IMG/VR virus record: IMGVR_UViG_2740892209_000012
Source: a virus
Taxonomy: Duplodnaviria > Heunggongvirae > Uroviricota > Caudoviricetes
Length of the DNA: 12,824 nt
Reading direction: 5' to 3' (one strand)
The translations under genes were made by a program, and so were the position numbers. This document shows positions 1 through 7,102 of the stretch, in pieces. The notes beneath the pieces are model-generated. The model saw only the letters and a list, made by a program, of their open reading frames with translations, ran no database searches and was not told where the DNA came from. Position 1 is the first letter of the stretch. Each line of letters starts with the position of its first letter.

Positions 1-170
1 GTTAAGCATCCACAGGCTGGTATCTGCAACCGATTATAACGGATGCTTAACGTAATGCGTGAAGTATGGACATATTTTATCAATTAGTGTTTTTTGCCGT
101 TTCATAATGTTTCAGATTGTTCATTATGTTTTTGATTATCAACGGATTTGCTATTTTCCTTGTTTCAGCT

Positions 171-227
171 TGTTTCACGTTGTAGCGCTTTGTGCAACGA
201 TCGGTGTAGTTAATGGTGTAGTTAATT
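171..227. repeat. attL: left copy of attachment-site direct repeat
   Basis: 192-227 matches 11247-11282 at 35 of 36 positions; similarity extends to 171-183 vs 11226-11238, with a divergent 8-bp patch between. Core contains tandem GGTGTAGTTAAT x2 (203-226). Confidence 0.75.
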
Positions 228-1478
228 GTGATGACCGGAATCAAAATTATGCGCAGAGCACTTAACAAACTGAGTGATACACAGCTAAGGAAAATCAACG
301 GCACACCCGCCCAAAAAACAGCCTTTCTTAATGACGGTGGAAACCTGAGCGTCAGGCATTCAACCAGCGGCCTTTTAACCTGGTATTTCACCTACAGGGC
401 CGGAACGGGAAGGGGAGCACGACCGGAACGGATTAAGCTGGGAAATTATCCTGATCTGAGTCTGAAAGCTGCCAGGGAAAAAGCGGCACAGTGTCGCGCT
501 TGGCTTGCTGAGGGGAAAAATCCACGTCATGAGATGAATTACACCGTACAGAAAGCGTTAAAGCCCGTAACGGTTGGCGATGCGCTTACCTACTGGCTTG
601 AGTCTTACGTAAAGGAAAACCGCGTGGATTATGCCGCCCTGAAAAAGCGCCTTAATAATCACGTAATACAGCACATTGGTGCTATGCCGCTGGATAAATG
701 CGAGCTACGGCACTGGCTGGCCTGTTTTGACCAGGTGGCAAAGCGAACGCCTGTTACTGCCGGATTCTTGCTACAGACGTGCAAACAGGCGCTTAAGTTC
801 TGCCGGAGGCGGCGCTATGCAATCAGCAACGTTCTTGATGATATGAGTGTGGCGGACGTTGGGAAAAAACCGGATATAAGCGAGCGTGTCTTAAGCACCA
901 AAGAACTTGGCGAATTATTGCAGGCACTGGACAAAAAAATATTTTCCCCTTACTACGTCGCACTAATCCGCCTCCTGATTGTTTTCGGATGCCGGACGGT
1001 AGAACTGAGGTTATCGGAGATCAGCGAGTGGGATTTTACCGAAATGCTCTGGACCGTGCCGAAAGAACACAGCAAAACGAAGGTGGCAATATTCCGGCCC
1101 ATACCGGAAGCAATACTGCCGTTCGTCACGCAGCTGGTGGAGCAGAACAGGCACACGGGCTTATTGCTGGGGGAAGTGAAACAGGAAACAAGCGTGTCGC
1201 AGTACGGCAGATTAGCGCACAGGAGGCTAAAACACCCTCACTGGTCACTGCATGACATCCGGCGCACCTTTACAACGATGCTGAACGATTTAGGCGTGGA
1301 TCCTCACGTCGTGGAGCAGCTTACAGGTCATCAGATGCCAGGGATGCAACGAGTCTATAACCATTCCCGTTATCTGGATGCGAAACGTGACGCGCTGGAT
1401 ATGTGGACGGAGCGGTTAGGGATACTGGCGGGAACACATGAAAACGTAACCACATTGCCAATAGCCAGAGAAATATAA
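228..1478 (+). CDS. int: Tyrosine recombinase / integrase, P4-family type
   Basis: 416-codon ORF. N-terminal arm-binding-like pattern (LNDGGNLSVR, WYFTYR, IKLGNYPDLSL..AR) and C-terminal catalytic signature (LHDIRRTF, GH......Y) typical of P4-like integrases. Begins right after the attL core. Start uncertain: GTG 228, ATG 231 or ATG 249. Confidence 0.9.
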   Translation: MMTGIKIMRRALNKLSDTQLRKINGTPAQKTAFLNDGGNLSVRHSTSGLLTWYFTYRAGTGRGARPERIKLGNYPDLSLKAAREKAAQCRAWLAEGKNPRHEMNYTVQKALKPVTVGDALTYWLESYVKENRVDYAALKKRLNNHVIQHIGAMPLDKCELRHWLACFDQVAKRTPVTAGFLLQTCKQALKFCRRRRYAISNVLDDMSVADVGKKPDISERVLSTKELGELLQALDKKIFSPYYVALIRLLIVFGCRTVELRLSEISEWDFTEMLWTVPKEHSKTKVAIFRPIPEAILPFVTQLVEQNRHTGLLLGEVKQETSVSQYGRLAHRRLKHPHWSLHDIRRTFTTMLNDLGVDPHVVEQLTGHQMPGMQRVYNHSRYLDAKRDALDMWTERLGILAGTHENVTTLPIAREI

Positions 1479-1500
1479 TTTTTTTTGCGATTTTTCAGGA

Positions 1501-1560
1501 TGCGGACAACGTGAAACAACGAGACACAACGACGAACAACAAGGAACAAAATGGAACAAC
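1501..1560. repeat. Six tandem 10-bp units each ending ACAAC/ACAAA, exactly helically phased
   Basis: tgcggACAAC gtgaaACAAC gagacACAAC gacgaACAAC aaggaACAAA atggaACAAC, directly after the int stop; a second CA-rich phased array (ACACAA units) at 1761-1810 flanks the AT-rich alpA upstream region. Confidence 0.6.
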
Positions 1561-1843
1561 GGGTTAAAAATCAGCCATCGTAATAACCATTTGATTTTTA
1601 TAGGTGTACTGTTTTTTTATACACTGGCGAATCACTCTTAAAAATATGTAAAAAAGGCGTAAAAGTAAAATTTTATGCCTTTGCATCATAATGAATTAAA
1701 AGAGTTTTTATTCTCATTCCCCCTGCTTCTGTAAAACGACCGCCGCCAGTGTTTGCCATTCCACAAACACCCTGACACAATCCGACACAACCCAACCCAA
1801 TAATCCACCCAATGACTCTTTAAGAAACAACAAAGGGGGAATT

Positions 1844-2032
1844 GTGTTAAGCACAGATCGCTTTATACGTGAAAAAGAATGTCAGCAACTTACAGGCCTG
1901 AGCCGCTCATGTCGGTACCGCCTGGAAAAAGCCGGACAATTCCCATCACGGCGTAAGCTGGGCGGTCGTTCCGTTGGCTGGTCTTTATCCGAAGTTTTGG
2001 CATGGAAGGACAGCTGCGAGGCAGTTCACTAA
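1844..2032 (+). CDS. alpA: AlpA/Vis-family HTH regulator (excision and transcription activator type)
   Basis: 62-aa ORF with GTG start preceded by AAGGGGGA Shine-Dalgarno; FIREKECQQLTGLSRSCRYRLEKAGQFPSRRKLGGRSVGWSLSEVLAW matches the AlpA-type small HTH pattern; position immediately downstream of int as in Gram-negative PICIs. Confidence 0.8.
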   Translation: MLSTDRFIREKECQQLTGLSRSCRYRLEKAGQFPSRRKLGGRSVGWSLSEVLAWKDSCEAVH

Positions 2033-2084
2033 TCAGGCTGGCGGCACACAGCCGCCACCCATCCACTAATACAGAGATCTAACC

Positions 2085-3371
2085 ATGAATACTGGATATT
2101 CTCCCGAACAAGGGCGGGGCTTCGTTCGTCCTGAAAAACAGAATCTGCAAAATTTTGCCGAAATTATTCCGGTTATTTCCGGCCTTACTGGCGGGAGTGA
2201 AACCAATATTGTTAACGCCAGAGCGTTGCAGATGTTTGATGATAAAAAGGGAGTAAATTTAACTTACACCCCTGACGGCAATCAGAATATGAGCATTATC
2301 TCTGAGTCAGGTTTCTACAAACTAATAAAAACAAAAAGCGCCCCGTTGCCGGAGCGCCTTTGTGAACAATTAACCTACTGCGCAAAAAATGAATCTGAGC
2401 AGTGGGATTATATCAACCATGTGGAGAAGCGCCACAATTGCCGAATAACGGGCAAAACAAAGGCCACCCGCTACAGTGGCCCCTCGACACAAGCTACACG
2501 TTATCCCCAACGCATGAGCATTGCCAACAATGCCACATTTGCGGCTGGTGGGCAATGCAATCAGTCTGGTTCAGTTCGTTGCCATACCTGCAATGAGCGC
2601 TTTTCCCTGTACTCTTTAAGGAATTGCTCAAGGGCAAAAGCACATGGCGCGAATCTTTCTGATTCATGCTCTATCTTTCTGCGCCGTCTTTTCCGTGCCG
2701 GTGATAATGTTTTGGTCAATTCTTTATCGGTCATTGTGTTGTCCTGCATAGCAATGCGCCGTAGTTACTCACACCACGGCGCTGGTGATGGTTACTCCTG
2801 CTCTTTGGCCTTGCGGCGCTGGCGGCGTTTGATTTCGCCGCGCATGGCTGCGTTTATAAACTGTCCCGTGCTTTCGCCTTCTTCTTTCACGTTCTCCATG
2901 CCTTCAATAATTTCATGGGCAATACGTGCAGTTACAGATTGTGATTTTGCATTCTTTGGACCCGTTGCCATGTTTAACCCCTCATGTTTTTGGTGTAAGA
3001 CAATATACACGAAAAAAAAATATTTTGAAGGGTTGGCGTGTAAGACACCATTGTTTTACATTGTGTCTTACACCTTATTGATGAAAGGCACAGAAACGAC
3101 GAAACCCCGCACTGTAGGAGCAGTAACGGGGCTTCTAACCACCAACGATAGCAACAGTATCGAGGTAGCTATGAGAAATCATACCACACACCCGAAAGGG
3201 CGGGACTCGCACAACCTGAATAAATACATCTGGCGTTTTATCGCCCTGAGCACGGCACAACCGCGCGTGATTACCATTGAGGCCACCAGCGAACAGGAAG
3301 CACGCCAGCAATCTCCGGCTGGCTGCGTGATGGTATTTGCTGCCCGTATTCGTCAGGGGGTAGGCTTATGA
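2085..3371 (+). CDS. Questionable 428-codon open frame; probably not one gene. Only the N-terminal ~85 codons look protein-like (BRO-N/antirepressor-like ISESGFYKLI motif)
   Basis: No stop for 1287 nt, but the central part is Cys/Ser/Arg/Leu-rich junk-like translation, runs antisense to a well-supported small minus-strand gene (2792-2971), and reads through an AT-rich operator/promoter region (2993-3080). The 3' end coincides with the Icd-like ORF starting at 3171. Confidence 0.2.
   Translation: MNTGYSPEQGRGFVRPEKQNLQNFAEIIPVISGLTGGSETNIVNARALQMFDDKKGVNLTYTPDGNQNMSIISESGFYKLIKTKSAPLPERLCEQLTYCAKNESEQWDYINHVEKRHNCRITGKTKATRYSGPSTQATRYPQRMSIANNATFAAGGQCNQSGSVRCHTCNERFSLYSLRNCSRAKAHGANLSDSCSIFLRRLFRAGDNVLVNSLSVIVLSCIAMRRSYSHHGAGDGYSCSLALRRWRRLISPRMAAFINCPVLSPSSFTFSMPSIISWAIRAVTDCDFAFFGPVAMFNPSCFWCKTIYTKKKYFEGLACKTPLFYIVSYTLLMKGTETTKPRTVGAVTGLLTTNDSNSIEVAMRNHTTHPKGRDSHNLNKYIWRFIALSTAQPRVITIEATSEQEARQQSPAGCVMVFAARIRQGVGL
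2324..2357 (-). terminator. Candidate intrinsic terminator for leftward transcription
   Basis: Stem GCGCCCCG (2338-2345) / CGGAGCGC (2350-2357), loop TTGC; on the minus strand it is followed by TTTTTGTTTTTATT (complement of 2324-2337). Confidence 0.35.
2792..2971 (-). CDS. Small basic hypothetical protein (59 aa), candidate autoregulated regulator
   Basis: Minus-strand ATG at 2971 preceded by GAGGGG Shine-Dalgarno (6-nt spacing); protein-like K/E-rich composition (MATGPKNAKSQSVTARIAHEIIEG...KRRQRRKAKEQE); promoter-like -35 TTCAAA / -10 TATATT upstream with a GTGTAAGACA operator-like repeat overlapping the -10/start region. Confidence 0.5.
   Translation of the reverse strand: MATGPKNAKSQSVTARIAHEIIEGMENVKEEGESTGQFINAAMRGEIKRRQRRKAKEQE
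2993..3073. promoter_or_regulatory. Divergent promoter/operator region with three GTGTAAGACA half-sites
   Basis: GTGTAAGACA at 2993-3002; perfect 11-bp inverted repeat GTGTAAGACAC (3038-3048) / GTGTCTTACAC (3063-3073) with a 14-bp spacer; lies between the minus-strand small gene and the plus-strand Icd-like ORF; -35-like TTTACA at 3055-3060 on the plus strand. Confidence 0.55.
3171..3371 (+). CDS. Icd-like small protein (host cell division inhibitor-like family seen in P1/P4-type immunity regions)
   Basis: ATG 3171 preceded by GAGG (5-nt spacing); 66 aa; the YIWRFIALSTAQPRVITIEATSEQEARQQSPAGCVMVFAARIR pattern resembles recalled Icd-like proteins; stop overlaps the next start (ATGA at 3368-3371). 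Confidence 0.45.
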   Translation: MRNHTTHPKGRDSHNLNKYIWRFIALSTAQPRVITIEATSEQEARQQSPAGCVMVFAARIRQGVGL

Positions 3372-3598
3372 GCCAGGAAATCACACTACAACAGGCAGCA
3401 GAACGCGCCCACCAAATCGAAGTTATTTGCGCACTGGCAGAGGATTACCCTAGCATGATGACCGACAGCGAATCAGGGGCAATCATCGGCTTACTTAAAC
3501 GCCTTAGCGGTGAGGTCTGCGTATTCCTGAGCGATGAACAGGAAAGAAGAACGCTTATTTCTAACGAAAAAAAATGCGGAGGGGTACATGTGCAATAA
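3368..3598 (+). CDS. Hypothetical protein (76 aa)
   Basis: ATG 3368 with GGGGG Shine-Dalgarno; ATGA overlap with the upstream ORF; overlaps the next ORF start by 11 nt. Confidence 0.55.
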   Translation: MSQEITLQQAAERAHQIEVICALAEDYPSMMTDSESGAIIGLLKRLSGEVCVFLSDEQERRTLISNEKKCGGVHVQ

Positions 3599-3818
3599 AA
3601 CCACACCGGACGCAGCAGAAGAAGCAATGCAAATACTGATACGTGCGCTCGTTGATGTTACCCACATGGTGGAGATTATGGAGAGAAAATCACAGTCGGA
3701 GCACGACAAAAGAAAACTTAAAACAATAAAAATAATTGCCAAAAACTCGCTGATAAAAGTTACAGACATCCTTAATGAGGACATTAAAAGAATAAGGGAG
3801 AAAATTTGTGATGCATAA
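3588..3818 (+). CDS. Hypothetical small protein (76 aa) in AT-rich segment
   Basis: ATG 3588 preceded by GCGGAGGGG Shine-Dalgarno; the ORF track extends it upstream to 3534 but the Shine-Dalgarno supports 3588; helical K/E/I-rich composition. Confidence 0.5.
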   Translation: MCNKTTPDAAEEAMQILIRALVDVTHMVEIMERKSQSEHDKRKLKTIKIIAKNSLIKVTDILNEDIKRIREKICDA

Positions 3819-4038
3819 AATCCCTTTTGAAGTATTAATCCACTCTGAAAACGCATTAATTAAAGCACGCGAAATGAATGCGTTGTTAATTAAATTAATT
3901 GAAGTGCCGGAAGGTGGCGAAGATCATTCATCATTAATGTTTGCCGCTGTTCAGACATTATTGACACCTGTTATTGATGAACTCAATAAGGCTATGGCAA
4001 TTCACGAGAATAATAAAGCGCCCCACACCGGAGAATAA
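3808..4038 (+). CDS. Hypothetical small protein (about 75 aa) in AT-rich segment
   Basis: GTG 3808 / ATG 3811 preceded by AGGGAG; overlaps the stop of the previous ORF (3816-3818); acidic helical composition. Confidence 0.5.
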   Translation: MMHKIPFEVLIHSENALIKAREMNALLIKLIEVPEGGEDHSSLMFAAVQTLLTPVIDELNKAMAIHENNKAPHTGE

Positions 4039-4043
4039 AAATA

Positions 4044-4343
4044 ATGAAACTTAAATATTCTGGCTTAACTGCCAGTGGCAAAACTCGCACTAAATTCATG
4101 CGCGGTGATATTTACCGCGACCAGTACGGCGGCACGGTAATGATTAAGGGCGTGGAGGAACGGCGCGTAACCTACCGTCGTGAAGGCTACGAATATGATT
4201 GCGTGATGCCTGTTTATCAGTTCGATCGTGATTTTTCTCTGGTGCAGGCCGTACCGCGTAACGTGCCCACCAGCAGGGAGAAAGCACGCGCCAATATTCA
4301 GGAAATAAAAAAGATGCTTAACGTATTCAGGGGTAAGAAATGA
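4044..4343 (+). CDS. Hypothetical basic protein (99 aa), translationally coupled to the primase gene
   Basis: ATG 4044 with GGAGA Shine-Dalgarno; stop TGA 4341-4343 overlaps the primase ATG 4340 (ATGA). Confidence 0.65.
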   Translation: MKLKYSGLTASGKTRTKFMRGDIYRDQYGGTVMIKGVEERRVTYRREGYEYDCVMPVYQFDRDFSLVQAVPRNVPTSREKARANIQEIKKMLNVFRGKK

Positions 4344-6088
4344 AACTGGCACCGAACGTAAAAAAACAACCACGCGGAATAAAACACAAAGACACAGAGG
4401 TAATTATTTTCGCGGGTAGTGATGCGTGGTCACATGCAAAACAGTGGCAGGAGCAGGACGGCCCCGCATCCGGCGATAATGTGCCGCCTGTGTGGCTTGG
4501 GCCAAATCAGCTTGCCGAACTTGATGCGCTGAAAATTGTTCCGGATGGGAAAAAGCGCGTAAGGCTGTACCAGGCCGGAGAACTGGATTTGGTGGAGACC
4601 AAAAAGATTGGTCAGAAGCTGGCGGCGGCAGATATTCAGGACGCAAATTTTTACCCCGAAGGAATGCACGTCCAGAAGTGTGAAAACTGGCGGCGCTATC
4701 TGAATGCTGAGCGTGAAAATATTGCCGCAGGGCTTACCATGCCGGAGCAGAAAAATACGCAACTGGCACAAATGGCAGACAGTGAGCGCGCGCAGCTGCT
4801 TGCCGAGCGCTTTGATGGCGTTTGTGTGCATCCTGAAAGTGAAATCGTTCACGTATGGCGCGGCGGGGTATGGTGTCCGGTCAGCACAATGGAGCTGAGC
4901 CGCGAAATGGTGGCGATCTATTCAGAGCACAGGGCCACTTTCAGCAAGCGCGTAATCAATAACGCCGTGGAAGCGTTAAAAGTTATTGCCGAACCAATGG
5001 GCGAGCCGTCCGGCTATTTGCTGCCGTTCGCCAATGGTGCGCTTGACCTGAAAACGGGGGAATTTTCCCCGCACACGCCGGAGAACTGGATCACCACGCA
5101 CAACGGCATTGAGTACACGCCACCAGCACCAGGGGAGAACATCCGCGATAACGCGCCAAACTTTCATAAATGGCTTAAGCACGCAGCCGGAAAAGACCCG
5201 CGCAAGATGATGCGTATATGTGCCGCGCTGTACATGATTATGGCGAACCGGTACGACTGGCAGATGTTTATTGAGGCCACCGGAGACGGCGGGAGCGGTA
5301 AAAGTACATTCACACACATAGCCAGCCTTCTGGCAGGGAAACAGAACACGGTAAGCGCTGAAATGACATCGCTTGATGATGCTGGTGGACGTGCGCAGGT
5401 TGTCGGGAGTCGTCTTATCGTCCTGGCTGACCAGCCGAAATATACAGGCGAAGGAACGGGCATCAAGAAAATCACGGGCGGTGACCCCGTGGAAATTAAC
5501 CCGAAATACGAAAAGCGTTTCACGGCTGTAATCAGGGCGGTGGTGCTGGCGACCAACAATAACCCGATGATATTCACCGAACGGGCCGGAGGTGTGGCAC
5601 GTCGTCGCGTGATTTTCCGTTTCGACAATATCGTCAGTGAGGCCGAAAAAGACAGGGAGCTACCGGAAAAGATCGCGGCTGAAATCCCTGTCATTATCCG
5701 CCGATTGCTGGCGAACTTTACCGACCCTGAGAAGGCACGGGCTTTACTACTGGAACAGCGTGACGGTGATGAAGCACTGGCAATAAAGCAACAGACGGAT
5801 CCGGTTATTGAGTTTTGCCAGTTCCTGAATTTTCTGGAGGAAGCGCGCGGCCTGATGATGGGGGGCGGTGGCGATTCAGTGAAGTACACGACCAGGAACA
5901 GCCTTTACCGCGTCTATCTGGCGTTTATGGCATACGCAGGCAGGAGCAAACCGCTAAACGTAAATGACTTTGGAAAGGCTATGAAGCCTGCCGCAAAAGT
6001 TTACGGACATGAATATATTACGCGGAAAGTTAAGGGGGTAACGCAGACTAACGCAATAACAACAGACGAGTGCGACGCGTTTTTATAA
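4340..6088 (+). CDS. Primase/replication initiator with D5_N-like and SF3-helicase P-loop domains (P4 alpha C-terminal type; PICI pri-rep-like)
   Basis: 582-aa ORF; FANGALDLKTGEF motif (D5_N-like), Walker A GDGGSGKST, Walker B-like RLIVLADQ; immediately followed by an iteron array. Confidence 0.9.
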   Translation: MKLAPNVKKQPRGIKHKDTEVIIFAGSDAWSHAKQWQEQDGPASGDNVPPVWLGPNQLAELDALKIVPDGKKRVRLYQAGELDLVETKKIGQKLAAADIQDANFYPEGMHVQKCENWRRYLNAERENIAAGLTMPEQKNTQLAQMADSERAQLLAERFDGVCVHPESEIVHVWRGGVWCPVSTMELSREMVAIYSEHRATFSKRVINNAVEALKVIAEPMGEPSGYLLPFANGALDLKTGEFSPHTPENWITTHNGIEYTPPAPGENIRDNAPNFHKWLKHAAGKDPRKMMRICAALYMIMANRYDWQMFIEATGDGGSGKSTFTHIASLLAGKQNTVSAEMTSLDDAGGRAQVVGSRLIVLADQPKYTGEGTGIKKITGGDPVEINPKYEKRFTAVIRAVVLATNNNPMIFTERAGGVARRRVIFRFDNIVSEAEKDRELPEKIAAEIPVIIRRLLANFTDPEKARALLLEQRDGDEALAIKQQTDPVIEFCQFLNFLEEARGLMMGGGGDSVKYTTRNSLYRVYLAFMAYAGRSKPLNVNDFGKAMKPAAKVYGHEYITRKVKGVTQTNAITTDECDAFL

Positions 6089-6102
6089 TTTTTTGTAATT
6101 GC

Positions 6103-6328
6103 TGTCTACCCTGTCTACCTGAGTAAAGAAAAATACATTTAATTCAGTGCATTAAGTTAGGTAGATAGCCTTTTTTTACTGTCTACCCACTATCTACCCT
6201 CTCTACCTGATTTTACCTGAATCAGACAGGGAGGTAGACACGGGGTAGATAGTGGATAAAAGCACTCTACCCCGCTGAAAGCCGCGCCATTACTGGCATG
6301 AGGGCCACTAAGGTAGATAAGGTAGACA
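6103..6328. repeat. Iteron-type replication origin
   Basis: About 11 copies of TGTCTACC / TATCTACC / CTCTACC and the inverse GGTAGACA / GGTAGATA in both orientations (e.g. 6103-6110, 6112-6119, 6160-6168, 6180-6188, 6191-6199, 6233-6240, 6244-6252, 6312-6319, 6321-6328) around an AT-rich spacer, directly downstream of the replication protein gene. Confidence 0.7.
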
Positions 6329-6376
6329 AGGGGAGGCACAACTCAAAACTTTTTAAACGAGGGGGTAAAAATAAAT

Positions 6377-6538
6377 ATGCACACTTCAGGGAAATTTAAT
6401 AAATCACTCAAAAAACGCAGAGACAGAACAGAACCGAAATATCGCGCGTTAGACATGACAGAGCACGCTTTAAAGGTGGCAATCAGAACGATAGACCGCC
6501 ACGCGGGGGAGGATACGCGAAAGCACATCCCGAACTGA
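6377..6538 (+). CDS. Possible small basic protein (53 aa), below the ORF-track size cutoff
   Basis: ATG 6377 preceded by GAGGGGG; a second 34-codon ORF (6550-6654) ends in an ATGA overlap with the ssb start. Both are speculative. Confidence 0.3.
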   Translation: MHTSGKFNKSLKKRRDRTEPKYRALDMTEHALKVAIRTIDRHAGEDTRKHIPN

Positions 6539-6650
6539 TAAGCGCATTCATGACCACGACGGCGGCAAATTTTGCCACGCTGACAGAGCGGGAGATTGCC
6601 GAAGCGGAACAGGTAACAACCATCAACGTTAAAACCGGAGAGGTGGAATC

Positions 6651-7073
6651 ATGACAGCACAGATAGCAGCTTACGGGCGGCTGGTGGACGACCCGCAGGT
6701 AAAACAGACCAGCAAGGGCACACCGATGACGCTGGCGCGTATGGCGGTCCCCCTTCCGTGCAGCCAGGCAGATGACGGAACGGCGACGATGTGGTTATCC
6801 GTCCTGGCATTTGGCAGACAGGCCGAAGCACTGGAAAGGCACCGCAAGGGTGAACTCCTGAGCGTGGCGGGTAACATGCAGATCAGCCAGTCGACTGGGC
6901 AGAACGGAGAAACGCGGCAGGGCTGGCAGGTTATCGCAGACAGTGTAATCAGTGCGCGAACGGCGCGACTGGGCGGCAAAAAAGGTCAACAGGGCCAGGC
7001 TACTGACGCGCTGAACAGGGCAAAACAACAGGCGGGGAATGATGATCCGTACGGGGATAACATACCGTTTTAA
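6651..7073 (+). CDS. Single-stranded DNA-binding protein-like (short SSB with acidic C-terminal tail)
   Basis: 140 aa; OB-fold-like N-terminus (GRLVDDPQVKQTSKG...) and C-terminal DDPYGDNIPF resembling the SSB acidic tail ending in IPF; followed by a strong terminator. Confidence 0.75.
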   Translation: MTAQIAAYGRLVDDPQVKQTSKGTPMTLARMAVPLPCSQADDGTATMWLSVLAFGRQAEALERHRKGELLSVAGNMQISQSTGQNGETRQGWQVIADSVISARTARLGGKKGQQGQATDALNRAKQQAGNDDPYGDNIPF

Positions 7074-7080
7074 GCGACGA

Positions 7081-7102
7081 GAGACAGAAGCCGGAGCAAT
7101 CC
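7081..7102 (+). terminator. Rho-independent terminator after ssb
   Basis: GCCGGA-GCAA-TCCGGC hairpin followed by TTTTTT. Confidence 0.7.

Noticed and set aside
171-227. tRNA or tmRNA 3' end as integration target
   Set aside because: No cloverleaf, T-arm or CCA-type features could be recognised in the repeat or its left flank.
59-265. 68-aa plus-strand ORF across the left flank and att core
   Set aside because: Cys/Phe-rich junk-like translation through repeat DNA; overlaps the integrase start in another frame.
80-391. 103-aa minus-strand ORF overlapping attL and the integrase 5' end
   Set aside because: Antisense to the integrase start and att repeat, hydrophobic low-complexity translation, no recognisable start context.
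1501-1560. Possible CRISPR-like array suggested by the regular 10-bp repeats (and the iterons at 6103-6328)
   Set aside because: Units are only 10 bp with no intervening unique spacers of CRISPR size; the pattern fits protein-binding iterons or phased sites instead.
3491-3856. 121-aa minus-strand ORF across the AT-rich small-gene cluster
   Set aside because: Antisense to plus-strand ORFs that have good Shine-Dalgarno sequences and coupling; hydrophobic/Ser-rich translation typical of AT-rich antisense frames.
4430-4852. 140-aa minus-strand ORF (and 4404-4646) inside the primase 5' region
   Set aside because: Antisense to the primase gene with no start signals; the plus-strand gene has clear motifs.
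5164-5889. 241-aa minus-strand ORF inside the primase gene
   Set aside because: Antisense to a well-supported CDS; Ser/Arg/Pro-rich composition typical of an antisense frame.
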